Source: a virus. Taken from it: a DNA stretch of 64,000 nt. The notes under the pieces were generated by a model. The model saw only the letters and a program-made list of their open reading frames with translations, was not told the DNA's origin and made no database searches. The translations under genes were made by a program, and so were the position numbers. Of the stretch, positions 48,870 through 58,219 are shown piece after piece. Location: IMG/VR virus record IMGVR_UViG_3300021963_007958; one strand, written 5' to 3'. Within the stretch, counting starts at the first letter, position 1. Each line of letters opens with the position of its first letter.

Positions 48870-49987
48870 AATCTATTTTCTTGATCCTTTTCTACTATCA
48901 TTTTATAGAGTTTTTCTAGGCTTCCGACCAATTTATCTTTTGTTGGGTCATCATACTCCATTCCCTTTACGTATTCCTTTACAAAGTCCATTACGCTGAA
49001 TTGCCTTCCGTCTGTATCATAGATCTGAGATGAAAGAGAGTTCGCTTGATTTGGGTCGTATGGATGGAATCCTAATTTTCTCTGGGTGGAAATACTATCA
49101 GTTAGGATATTCAGAGGAGCTTTTAGAGCCATCTTTGGGTCGATCATAATGTCGACGAAGTTGTTTCTAAACTCGGGTTCTAGCTGTTCGATTGTCATTT
49201 CTAGAATTTGATCAAACAAGAACTTCTTAAATTTTGGAGAGAAGTTGTTGATGAATTTAGTCTCTTCTCCAGACTGGAGATCCAACATCGTAACTGACTT
49301 TGGGTTTCCCATATCAGATCTGGTCAGCTCATAAGGACTTCCAAGCATGTGAATATTATTTACAACTTGAGCATAGTGGATGTGACCAGAATAAACGGTC
49401 TTAAACTTCTTAAACTTCTTAGAATCCGCTCCTTCTTCGACAGTTACATATCTGTTAAATTTTAGGCCTCTGATGTCTGCATGACAGCATAGGTAGTCAT
49501 GAGGTCCAGCAGAATCTAGGAATTCTTCTTCTGTTGCATGATCTTTTCTCCAAGGCATCATTAAGAATTTTTTATCTCCAAGAACTAGAGTTTCCGGATC
49601 TTGAAAGATCTCAACTCCAGGAACCCATTTTAAAGATTTAAGTGAATTTACATCGTTGGTCGTTTTCCCCCAGATATCGTGGTTTCCCACAATAACATAA
49701 ACTCCGTCTTTAAATACATTAGATAGTTCTTCAGCAACGTCAACCCCAAGATTTAGAACTTTAAGGTTAACGCTCTGCCTAGAATCATACCAGTCTCCCA
49801 AATGAACTAGAACATCACCAGGTCTATAATTCTCTTTGACCAAAGGGATGAACCAGTCAAAGAAGTAATCTCTCATGATTTCAATCCACTCGTTAGACGA
49901 ATTTCTAACCCCAAAGTGAGTGTCGGTAATAAACCAAACTCTCTTTGCTTCGGGATTTAAATTTCTTTTACTTCCCAATCCTGCCAT
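48866..49987 (-). CDS. gp47: recombination nuclease (T4 gp47 / Mre11-SbcD)
   Basis: TDTHFG, HLGD, VGNHD, SGHIH. Confidence 0.93.
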   Translation of the reverse strand: MAGLGSKRNLNPEAKRVWFITDTHFGVRNSSNEWIEIMRDYFFDWFIPLVKENYRPGDVLVHLGDWYDSRQSVNLKVLNLGVDVAEELSNVFKDGVYVIVGNHDIWGKTTNDVNSLKSLKWVPGVEIFQDPETLVLGDKKFLMMPWRKDHATEEEFLDSAGPHDYLCCHADIRGLKFNRYVTVEEGADSKKFKKFKTVYSGHIHYAQVVNNIHMLGSPYELTRSDMGNPKSVTMLDLQSGEETKFINNFSPKFKKFLFDQILEMTIEQLEPEFRNNFVDIMIDPKMALKAPLNILTDSISTQRKLGFHPYDPNQANSLSSQIYDTDGRQFSVMDFVKEYVKGMEYDDPTKDKLVGSLEKLYKMIVEKDQENRL

Positions 49988-49990
49988 AAT

Positions 49991-50485
49991 TTAAAATAAT
50001 CTTTTAATTCTTCTTTTAGATAAAACGCTAAACTTTGTCTCTAACTCGTTGATGATTACCTCTTTGTATTTTACAGGTATCAACTCATATGCCTTTAAAT
50101 AAGGAATGGAAACAAAGTCACAAATAACTACGAATTTTTCAGAAAATGAAAATTCTGTTCCTTCTAGCTTTTCCAGAACATCTTGGAAAAGATGAGGGAC
50201 CAGATCCTTTGGAATTTTTTTCTTATACGAAAGAGGATACCATCTAGAAGATTGAAATGCTTCATAAACAGTTTCTTCTAGCTTCTTTCTGTGTAGATAC
50301 TCTTCTTCGTCGTAGCTGTCTTCTAAAAGTCTGTGTCCAGAATCCATGTCGAAGCTTTCCCTAAAGTCGTTAGAGGTAGCTGAGTTATTGTGGGCGCCAA
50401 AGATCTTATCTCCGAGCTGCACCTTCTTTGGATCTGCCGAGTTTTCCTCAACTTCCTCCGGTTCTTCTTTCTTATTATTCCACAT
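49991..50485 (-). CDS. hypothetical protein
   Basis: ORF between helicase and gp47. Confidence 0.7.
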   Translation of the reverse strand: MWNNKKEEPEEVEENSADPKKVQLGDKIFGAHNNSATSNDFRESFDMDSGHRLLEDSYDEEEYLHRKKLEETVYEAFQSSRWYPLSYKKKIPKDLVPHLFQDVLEKLEGTEFSFSEKFVVICDFVSIPYLKAYELIPVKYKEVIINELETKFSVLSKRRIKRLF

Positions 50486-51773
50486 GAATCGGATCGCTGT
50501 TTTCTACTATTCTCATGTAATTGTAATCGACGTTGAACATCTTGTGAGAGTTCTTATATCCGTCATCACGGTTAGCTATCAATTTCAGTTTATATTCTCT
50601 GTTTGCATACATGATAGGATCTTGGATAATTCCAAAGAGTCCGTCTACAGTTGCAACTAGTCCAGAGGATTCTGCTGCTGAAGTTATTGTTAAGTCTGTT
50701 GAATCGAAATCCCCTTGTTTGGTCTGAGTAGCAGTTAAAATTGCCCACTCGTTCGCCATTGCAATACCTCTTAAATCCTCAGCAATCTGCTTGATCTTCA
50801 TGTAGGTGTTTTCGGAGTTTGGATTTCTCCAGTTTTTTAAAATGTTAATATAGTCGATCACCACAACCTTGAATTTGATTCCATGATGTTCTTCGACCTT
50901 CTTTAAATATCTCTCAATATCCAAAACTGAAGCCTGTGAGGTTGGAAATTCCTTAATCCAAATCTTTCCAGGAACCTGAAGATTATCAAACTGAACGTTT
51001 GCAATTTTCTTCTTTAGAAGCTGGGTGTCGTTTGCAGCATTGTTATAATCTCCAATTGGAATGCTCAACATATTAGAACCAATTCTCTTGGCATATTTCC
51101 TGTCGTTCATCTCGAGGGTGATAATTGCCACATTGTTTCCCATCTTAGATGCTTGGATAGCCAAATTACCCAGCCACAGTGACTTTCCGACTTTGGGCAT
51201 TCCCATGAAGACGTACAGAGACTTTGCTGAAAATCCTCCACCCAGTACAGTGTCAATGAACGGGAAACCCGATTTGAACGTGTTGTGACTTAACTGTTTA
51301 TGGCTTTCTGGATTGAAGAAATCTAGTCCTTCGTCAAAGGAGAAATCTAAATTATTTCTCTCTACGACAATATTCTTAAAGGTGTTAATCACCTCTTTAA
51401 TATTCTCGGCTGTGACTGGGGTTTTTTGGATATACTGAACTGCATCAACTGCAGATTTAGTTAGGTTTTTATACTCGATGAAACACTCGGTAGTTTCTGT
51501 TAGCCAGTCTTCTTGATAGGATGTAAGTTCGATATTGTAGATTGCATCGATCTCTGACAATTCCACTTTATCTGTTACTCCTTCTAGCTTTGCAGATTCT
51601 TTCATCTGCTCTCTCGAGGGGATCTCATTGTACTTGTCCCAGAACTTCTTAGCTAGTTTATGAATCTCTCCAAAAGAATTATTTTTGAAGAATTCGGGTC
51701 TAGCATTCTCCAAATATATTGGATTGCTTAGAATGTTTCTGAGAATGATATTTTCTGAATAGGATAATTCCAT
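50475..51773 (-). CDS. gp41: replicative DNA helicase (T4 gp41 / DnaB family)
   Basis: GMPKVGKS, ITLEM, IKEFPT, IDYINI, AEDLRG, TATQ, AESSG. Confidence 0.93.
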   Translation of the reverse strand: MELSYSENIILRNILSNPIYLENARPEFFKNNSFGEIHKLAKKFWDKYNEIPSREQMKESAKLEGVTDKVELSEIDAIYNIELTSYQEDWLTETTECFIEYKNLTKSAVDAVQYIQKTPVTAENIKEVINTFKNIVVERNNLDFSFDEGLDFFNPESHKQLSHNTFKSGFPFIDTVLGGGFSAKSLYVFMGMPKVGKSLWLGNLAIQASKMGNNVAIITLEMNDRKYAKRIGSNMLSIPIGDYNNAANDTQLLKKKIANVQFDNLQVPGKIWIKEFPTSQASVLDIERYLKKVEEHHGIKFKVVVIDYINILKNWRNPNSENTYMKIKQIAEDLRGIAMANEWAILTATQTKQGDFDSTDLTITSAAESSGLVATVDGLFGIIQDPIMYANREYKLKLIANRDDGYKNSHKMFNVDYNYMRIVENSDPIHVE

Positions 51774-52069
51774 TAATTATAATAGGGGTTATTTTTGATT
51801 TTGTACCACACCTTTGGAGAAACTTTTTTAGTGTCAACTTCAAATTCTCCGGTTTCGATCATTTCGTCAACAATCTGTTTAAATTTAGTCTCCTCCCAAT
51901 TTGGTCCAAAAGGTGCTTTTAAGGTCTGAAGTGAAAAACTTCCATTGGGTCTACCGTCCTTCATTAGATAGACGTTCAGTTCATAGATAACGTCTTCTTT
52001 TGTGGGGTAGTCTGGCATAGTTCGCCAGAGATTCATTAAATATTTAAACTTGATCTTATTCTTGTTCAT
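51773..52069 (-). CDS. hypothetical protein
   Basis: ORF between uvsX and gp41. Confidence 0.65.
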   Translation of the reverse strand: MNKNKIKFKYLMNLWRTMPDYPTKEDVIYELNVYLMKDGRPNGSFSLQTLKAPFGPNWEETKFKQIVDEMIETGEFEVDTKKVSPKVWYKIKNNPYYN

Positions 52070-53240
52070 CACCGTCTTCTAAGTCTCCACCCATTTCTGC
52101 TTCTAAAGCTCTTGTAATGTCTTCATTAGTTCCCATTGCAGGAAGGATGAAGTGAGGTTTGATGACTCTTTCATCTAGCTGTTGTAGTACGTCCTGAGTG
52201 AAAATTTCAGGCGTAAATAGCTGAGATGATGTTACGGTTTTACCCAAGTGTTTGATTGCCCATCTGGTTGATGAGGCATTCGGAGTGAAGACTAACTCTT
52301 TAACCCCGTCTTTATTTTTAACTTCTTCCAGTTTTCCTCTTTCGATTCCACAAGCTTCCCAAGTAACAAAGTCCTGAAGACCAACGTATGGGTTCATACC
52401 GTTTGCAAAAGAGATGTGAAATTTAACAGGCTCTGGAATTGTAAATCTGCTCTTCTTAAGATTTGAGGTAACTATAATACCAGTTTTAGTTGTGCTATTT
52501 CCTTCTTTTAGCTGTGCTTTAGACAGGAAAGAAATAACTGACATAGCGAAGATTGGACCATCTCCACCAGAAGATTCTTTGGTCGGGAAGAATCCGCCAC
52601 CAGCATAAACGTGGTTTGTGCAAATAAGAGGAATTCTAGCTGCAGTTAGATCAAGAGTGATAACACGAAATAACTTTCTAAGTTCTTTTGCCTTTGCTCC
52701 CATATCTGCTGCATTCTTACCAGTCATTGCATCGTTCAATTCTTTATCAGTGCTTAACATACCTAAAGAATCCACGATTAAAAGAATCTTTGGACTTGCT
52801 CCAGCATCTTTTGCCTTCTTAACAAGAGAGATAAGATTACTCACGAAAGTTTGAAACTCTGTAACAGTCTTGATCGGCTGATATCTAACTTTGTTAGGAT
52901 CGATGCCAAACTTAATAGCAGAAGATTTATCGATAGCGCCCTCTGTATCGCAGTAGACTACATCATAACCCTTCTTCTGGGCTTCTCTCGCTACGTTCAA
53001 ACAAACGAAAGACTTACCTGTTCCAGGATCCCCCATCAGACCCAAGGATCTGGTGTTTGGGATACCTCCAAATAGTGAACCTGATAACTGAGCATTGAGT
53101 AGGTAGTTTCCGGTTGGGATCCATTCATCCACTTCGCTGAATGTATTTTCGGCTAGAATTGATCCGGTCTCGAATCCGGCGATCTTGGAAAGCTCTTTAT
53201 CCAAGTCTAAAAATGAAAATTCTGATTTTTGTTTAGCCAT
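52056..53240 (-). CDS. uvsX: RecA-like recombinase UvsX
   Basis: TGNYLLN, GDPGTGKS, DTEGA, VDSLG, TNHVY, SGG.G. Confidence 0.92.
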   Translation of the reverse strand: MAKQKSEFSFLDLDKELSKIAGFETGSILAENTFSEVDEWIPTGNYLLNAQLSGSLFGGIPNTRSLGLMGDPGTGKSFVCLNVAREAQKKGYDVVYCDTEGAIDKSSAIKFGIDPNKVRYQPIKTVTEFQTFVSNLISLVKKAKDAGASPKILLIVDSLGMLSTDKELNDAMTGKNAADMGAKAKELRKLFRVITLDLTAARIPLICTNHVYAGGGFFPTKESSGGDGPIFAMSVISFLSKAQLKEGNSTTKTGIIVTSNLKKSRFTIPEPVKFHISFANGMNPYVGLQDFVTWEACGIERGKLEEVKNKDGVKELVFTPNASSTRWAIKHLGKTVTSSQLFTPEIFTQDVLQQLDERVIKPHFILPAMGTNEDITRALEAEMGGDLEDGDEQE

Positions 53241-53265
53241 AAACGTTTTTATTATTTTTGTAATG

Positions 53266-53294
53266 ATTATACACTAGATTCTTTGTTTTGTTTC
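53266..53294 (-). promoter_or_regulatory. GAAACA-17-TATAAT promoter upstream of uvsX
   Basis: exact spacing match. Confidence 0.7.
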
Positions 53295-53330
53295 TTTGCA
53301 GGATATATAGGACAAACTAACAAAAATCAA

Positions 53331-54692
53331 ATGAACAATAAATTTGTACTGGAATCTTTTCGAGCTTATCTTGAATTTACAGGGGAAAAAATCACAGAGG
53401 GTAAAAGCGATTTTGCTCTAGATCTAAATTTTGTTAAAGGATATGTCGATAAGATACTCGAAAAACAAAAGGAGTTGACCTCGAAATCCTCAATATTCTC
53501 CAAATACGCAGATTCACCAAATCCATACGAATCCTGGATTAAAGAATGGAAAGGAAGAAAATCGAATGCAGGTAAAGATTGGCCAGATAAAAAATCTCCT
53601 ACTGCATTACACGTCTATGGATCATTTGCAGCTCCATATCTATGGGATAAATTAACTCCTGAGCAGAAAGACGAAACTTATAAAGACCTAATGGGTCTTA
53701 TGAAGGGAAGCGGATACTCAACAGAAAAAGAATTTAATAAACTTCTAAAGGATAAAGATCAGGTTGGAGCAAAACCTTATGTTGCTGTTATCCCATCTTT
53801 TGTAGAAATACCACCAACAGAAATTTCTGTTCCTGGTAAAATTACAATAAATGGTATTGATGAAGGCATAGAGAATAAAGTTTTCAAAGATAATAGATGG
53901 GGTTCGGGTGACGATTCAGCAGGTGGAAAAGTAAATCCAGATGCCTTTCAAGATCCAGCAGTTCTAGCAGATATTAAATCCGAGATTGACAATTTTATGA
54001 AAAGTTTTTCCTCAGGAGAAATAAGTAAAATTATCTCTCTTAGAATAGAATCGTCTGCTTCGAGATACAGAAATACCAGTGATAACGGAGGAAAAGCAGA
54101 GAAATTATCTTGGGGCGAACTTGCTTATAACAGAGCAATAACTATTTTAAACTTATTTAGTGAGGCAGCAGACACCTATAATCTTTCAGAGGAGAAAAGA
54201 AAAGAACTAAAAGAAAAAGTTTTAATAGATTCCAAGGGGTCTAATGGGGACGGAACTAGTGGTCCTAATCCTCCAACTCCTTTAAAATTTGGTTACTACG
54301 ACGAAAAATCAACATTTGTTTTGGATAACGGAACATTTGGAAAGGGAAAATCACCAGAAGAAAATAGAAAAACAGTAGTAAAGGCAGTATTGGGAGAAGG
54401 AGGAAAACCTACTGGAAAGTATACAACTGCATCTATTGATCCAGAAGCTACAGCAGAAAGCTATGGTAAATTTAGATATGTTAACTTTGTCATTGAAGCA
54501 GAAACAATGTCCAAAGAACCAGATTTAATAGTTAAAGTACCGGGAGCAAAAGAAGCAAAATACACTCCGAAGGTTGGATTTCCTAAAACTACTTCAGGAC
54601 CACCAATAAAGAGGAAGAAAAGAATAAGGAGAATTATAGGAATTCCCGGAACAGGGACAAGTCCATTCTCGTGTCCAGGAGATCAATTCTAA
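53331..54692 (+). CDS. putative virion protein with OmpA-C-like motifs
   Basis: ATG at 53331 after GATATATA (53302); IESSAS...LAYNRA...RYVNFVI; the only credible plus-strand gene in the window. Confidence 0.55.
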   Translation: MNNKFVLESFRAYLEFTGEKITEGKSDFALDLNFVKGYVDKILEKQKELTSKSSIFSKYADSPNPYESWIKEWKGRKSNAGKDWPDKKSPTALHVYGSFAAPYLWDKLTPEQKDETYKDLMGLMKGSGYSTEKEFNKLLKDKDQVGAKPYVAVIPSFVEIPPTEISVPGKITINGIDEGIENKVFKDNRWGSGDDSAGGKVNPDAFQDPAVLADIKSEIDNFMKSFSSGEISKIISLRIESSASRYRNTSDNGGKAEKLSWGELAYNRAITILNLFSEAADTYNLSEEKRKELKEKVLIDSKGSNGDGTSGPNPPTPLKFGYYDEKSTFVLDNGTFGKGKSPEENRKTVVKAVLGEGGKPTGKYTTASIDPEATAESYGKFRYVNFVIEAETMSKEPDLIVKVPGAKEAKYTPKVGFPKTTSGPPIKRKKRIRRIIGIPGTGTSPFSCPGDQF

Positions 54693-54710
54693 TCCAAGGA
54701 ATCATATACA

Positions 54711-54739
54711 AAAAAACCCGACTAAAAATCGGGTTTTTT
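54711..54739. terminator. bidirectional intrinsic terminator
   Basis: AAAAAACCCGA-ctaaaaa-TCGGGTTTTTT between convergent genes. Confidence 0.85.
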
Positions 54740-54754
54740 GTTTGGAAATAAATT

Positions 54755-55273
54755 TTAGATTCCGAAAGTAATAACGCAGAAGTACCTTATTCCTGGTTCT
54801 CCTTCGAAGATGTAGTTTTGATCCTTTACAATTTTAATCCCAACTTTATGAGCATCTTTATGAATCATTGCTTCGTTGTGTCCGGGGCTAAGTTTAAAAG
54901 ACTCTATTATTTTTTTGGCAAGGTCTTTATTGAAATAGTTAAATCCTTTTAAAGATCCCTTTCCGCCTAAAGTAATTTCTTGTCTACCAAATGGGCAATC
55001 CAAACCAGAGAAGTGTTTAATTCTTTCATCTGGATCTGAGATTTCATCAAATCCAGGGAAGTCTTGAAATTCAAAGTGAGTTACACTATCAGATAAAAGT
55101 TCATATTTTACTTGATGTTCAGCAGCTTTACAAAGACCTTTGTCGATCACTAATGGGCTTAGACCTTTAGAAACTCTATATTCGTTCAAATATTTAATAG
55201 TCTTTAATTCAGAAGAGTCTTGAGCTAAAGCTAAGATTGGAATTAAGAAGGAGATTAGAGCTAATTTTTTCAT
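54755..55273 (-). CDS. secreted CAP/SCP-domain protein
   Basis: signal peptide MKKLALISFLIPILALA; LNEYR..GL.PL, SPGHNEAM. Confidence 0.8.
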   Translation of the reverse strand: MKKLALISFLIPILALAQDSSELKTIKYLNEYRVSKGLSPLVIDKGLCKAAEHQVKYELLSDSVTHFEFQDFPGFDEISDPDERIKHFSGLDCPFGRQEITLGGKGSLKGFNYFNKDLAKKIIESFKLSPGHNEAMIHKDAHKVGIKIVKDQNYIFEGEPGIRYFCVITFGI

Positions 55274-55322
55274 GATCTTTGATGTTTGGTTCATATAAAT
55301 ATACGAACCTCGGGACAAATAA

Positions 55323-56603
55323 TCAGGAATAAATTGGAAATCTTTGCATTAAATTTCTAGCTCTTTCTTTTGTTGTTATCAGAACTTGTGGGTTGTTGTG
55401 ATTCCGAAGTGCTGTGTCAATTAAATCTGCAATTATCGCCATCTCCTTCTCTTTCAATCCCCGCGTAGTAACGGCAGCAGTTCCGATTCTAATCCCGGAG
55501 GTGACAAAAGGGCTTCTAGTCTCGAACGGAACCGTGTTTTTATTCACCGTGATGTCACACTTAACGAGAGTGTCCTCAGCCATCTTGCCGGTTAAACTAT
55601 TAAACTTGGACCTCAGATCTATCAGCATCAGATGATTATCGGTTCCTCCTGAGATAATAGAATATCCCATCTCGGCTAAATGTCCTGCAAGCGTCCTAGA
55701 GTTCTTTATTACCTGTTCACAGTATTCTCTAAAGTCATCACTAAGTGCTTCTTTAAACGCTGCTGCTTTAGCTCCTATAATGTGTTCTAAAGGTCCTCCC
55801 TGAGTTCCAGGAAAAACTGCTCCATCTAAAATTGAACTCATCATCTTGATATCTCCCTTTAGAGTCTTTTCACCAAATGGATTTGCGAAGTCTTTTCCCA
55901 TCATAATAACTCCTCCTCTTGGACCTCTTAGAGTCTTATGAGTTGTCGTGGTTAAAATATGACAGTGAGGGACCGGATCGTTTAATAGTCCACTTGCAAT
56001 CAAACCTGCAGGATGAGAAATATCTCCCATCAAAATTGCTCCAACCGAGTCTGCAATAGATCTAAATCTTTCATAATCCCAGTCTCTAGAATATGAGCTA
56101 GCCCCGCAAATGATTAATTTGGGTCTTTCCCTCTTTGCTATCTCCTCTATCTTGTCGTAGTTTAGTAGACCAGTCTCCTCATCAACTCCATAAAAAGATG
56201 GGGTGTAGTTCTTGCCCGAAAAATTAACAGGGGATCCGTGAGTCAAGTGCCCTCCGTGACTGAGATCAAATCCTAAGATTTTATCGCCCGGTCTCAGAAC
56301 TGCTAGCATCACAGCTGCATTTGCTTGGGATCCTGAATGTGGCTGAACATTAGCCCATTCCACACCAAATAGCTTCTTTAATCTGTCGATAGCTAGCTGT
56401 TCAACCTTATCAACAATCTGACATCCTCCGTAATATCTACGGCTGGGAAGTCCTTCGGCATATTTATTGGTTAGAATACTACCTGCAATGTCCATTATTT
56501 GCTGGCTGACAAAATTCTCCGAAGCGATCAGTTCAATCCCTTCTTGTTGTCTCTTGAGTTCCTGATCGATCAGATCAAAAATCTCTTCATCTTTAGAGTG
56601 CAT
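55323..56603 (-). CDS. glyA: serine hydroxymethyltransferase
   Basis: [44 protein letters not shown]. Confidence 0.97.
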   Translation of the reverse strand: MHSKDEEIFDLIDQELKRQQEGIELIASENFVSQQIMDIAGSILTNKYAEGLPSRRYYGGCQIVDKVEQLAIDRLKKLFGVEWANVQPHSGSQANAAVMLAVLRPGDKILGFDLSHGGHLTHGSPVNFSGKNYTPSFYGVDEETGLLNYDKIEEIAKRERPKLIICGASSYSRDWDYERFRSIADSVGAILMGDISHPAGLIASGLLNDPVPHCHILTTTTHKTLRGPRGGVIMMGKDFANPFGEKTLKGDIKMMSSILDGAVFPGTQGGPLEHIIGAKAAAFKEALSDDFREYCEQVIKNSRTLAGHLAEMGYSIISGGTDNHLMLIDLRSKFNSLTGKMAEDTLVKCDITVNKNTVPFETRSPFVTSGIRIGTAAVTTRGLKEKEMAIIADLIDTALRNHNNPQVLITTKERARNLMQRFPIYS

Positions 56604-56634
56604 TAATTTATAGAGTTCGTTACCCTATATATTA

Positions 56635-56865
56635 TCAGCTAAAAAGAGGTCCAGGATTAATGTCTGTTAGATTTGGGTTCTTTCCCTTAGACTTTAGATA
56701 TTCAATAGCTGCCTGTCCTGCCCAATCCATAGGGTCCGACATTTTAGGTTCCCCATAAACTCCCCCTTGTTGAACTTGTCTGTTGGTTGGGTCTACACCT
56801 GCTACTTTATTCATTGAATCTAGCTTTCTTTTAATAGAATCTAGATATTCCTGGTTTGGCATCAT
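56635..56865 (-). CDS. hypothetical protein
   Basis: ORF with GATAAATA motif at 56870-56877. Confidence 0.55.
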   Translation of the reverse strand: MMPNQEYLDSIKRKLDSMNKVAGVDPTNRQVQQGGVYGEPKMSDPMDWAGQAAIEYLKSKGKNPNLTDINPGPLFS

Positions 56866-57046
56866 ATCTTATTTATCCTTTGAATTTGGCATTTTAGTTC
56901 GGGGGCTGGTTTAGATCTCCCCTAAGATACTGAGTTTGGGTTCGTGTCTTAGATGCTCTAAGATAATATTCTTCCCCTGGGAATCTAAGTAATTCTTTTA
57001 CTAGTGTTCCTGAGAAAAAGTTTCCCGGACTTAAAAAATTTTTGAA

Positions 57047-58201
57047 TTATTTTCTAAGAGTGTATTTCTTAGCTAGAAAATCGGAAAGATCGTCGATGTT
57101 TTTCTTCTTCTGAGCTACCTTTTTAGCAGCTTCCTCTTCAGCAGATTTAACTTGAGCATCCCCGGAATACCTCAGATCGTTTATATCCGTTGTTCCTGCA
57201 ATCACGTCAGTGGATTTCTTTCTTCTGACATTTGTTTCTGCCTGTTTAAGTATTCCTTCCCTAACCTTGTCGATTATATCTTGTGCGGAATTTTCAAACT
57301 CTGAAGCTGCTGAAATTGGCTGATATGTGGAAACTAATTTTTGTCTTAGCGCATCAGCTTTTGGGTTCAATGCAGTTATCTCAGCATCGAACTTTTGAAG
57401 CTTTTTATAGTAGCCCTCTGCTGCTCTTTCTCCGATATTAGGGATATCATTCTGCATGATATTCTTAACCTTGTTGACATTGGGAACTATGTAAGTATCC
57501 TGAAAAGAAATAACTTCATTTTTTGAGTCCGGATAAGCAACTGCCAGATTATCTAGCATGTCATACATATTTAGAAGTTTTGCCCCTGTTGAGTCTGCTA
57601 ATCTTAGAAGATCCTGAGGTGTAGGGGGTACAAATTCTTGACCTTCAGAGACGAAAGAGAGATTCTCTTGGAGAGCAAGAGGTTTCATTGCCTTAAGGAT
57701 CTCATCCATGATAGACATTGACTTTGTTTTCTCTTCCGGGGTAAAGTTTTTAAGGGCTGCATTTGAAGCGGACCTTAAAAACTCAGTAGCTTGAGGAAGA
57801 TTCTCAGTTTCCTGCCCATAGTCATATTGCCCTCTTGCTCCAAATTCCCCTGGCTTAACCGGAAGATCCGAAAGAGAAGCAACTTTTCCTTGTAGAAATT
57901 TGGACATTTTAACAATCATGTCCCATCTTGCTGTTGGATCTTTTACTTTGATAATCTGGTCCATCAACTTTGGCCAGTTGTTAGGATCAAAAAATCCAGG
58001 TTTTTGGGCAAAGAAGAATCCGTAAAGACCAAAGATCTCGGAAAGCTTATAAGCGATGCTTCTGTAAGAGTCCTCTTTCCCTTTTTTGTCCGGACCTAAA
58101 GTTGAATCCTCATTAACAGAAAAAGTCCCACTTAAGGGACTTGTTTCTGTTTCCGATAGGCGGAAAGATTTAAAATTTTGTATGTTTGAAAGTCTTCTCA
58201 T
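57047..58201 (-). CDS. putative internal virion protein (helical family, member 3)
   Basis: MRRLSNIQNFKSF..SET start; tandem with two related genes. Confidence 0.5.
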   Translation of the reverse strand: MRRLSNIQNFKSFRLSETETSPLSGTFSVNEDSTLGPDKKGKEDSYRSIAYKLSEIFGLYGFFFAQKPGFFDPNNWPKLMDQIIKVKDPTARWDMIVKMSKFLQGKVASLSDLPVKPGEFGARGQYDYGQETENLPQATEFLRSASNAALKNFTPEEKTKSMSIMDEILKAMKPLALQENLSFVSEGQEFVPPTPQDLLRLADSTGAKLLNMYDMLDNLAVAYPDSKNEVISFQDTYIVPNVNKVKNIMQNDIPNIGERAAEGYYKKLQKFDAEITALNPKADALRQKLVSTYQPISAASEFENSAQDIIDKVREGILKQAETNVRRKKSTDVIAGTTDINDLRYSGDAQVKSAEEEAAKKVAQKKKNIDDLSDFLAKKYTLRK

Positions 58202-58219
58202 TAAAGAGAATTTCTTACT

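Noticed and set aside
27954-53240. inteins/introns/homing endonucleases in terminase, helicase, uvsX, gp46
   Set aside because: proteins are normal length with uninterrupted motifs
53229-53330. TTG-started N-terminal extension of the plus-strand gene
   Set aside because: overlaps the uvsX start and promoter; the late motif at 53302 supports ATG at 53331
56895-57046. in-frame read-through ORF after the 384-aa gene
   Set aside because: follows a TAA stop, has no start codon and no recognisable motif
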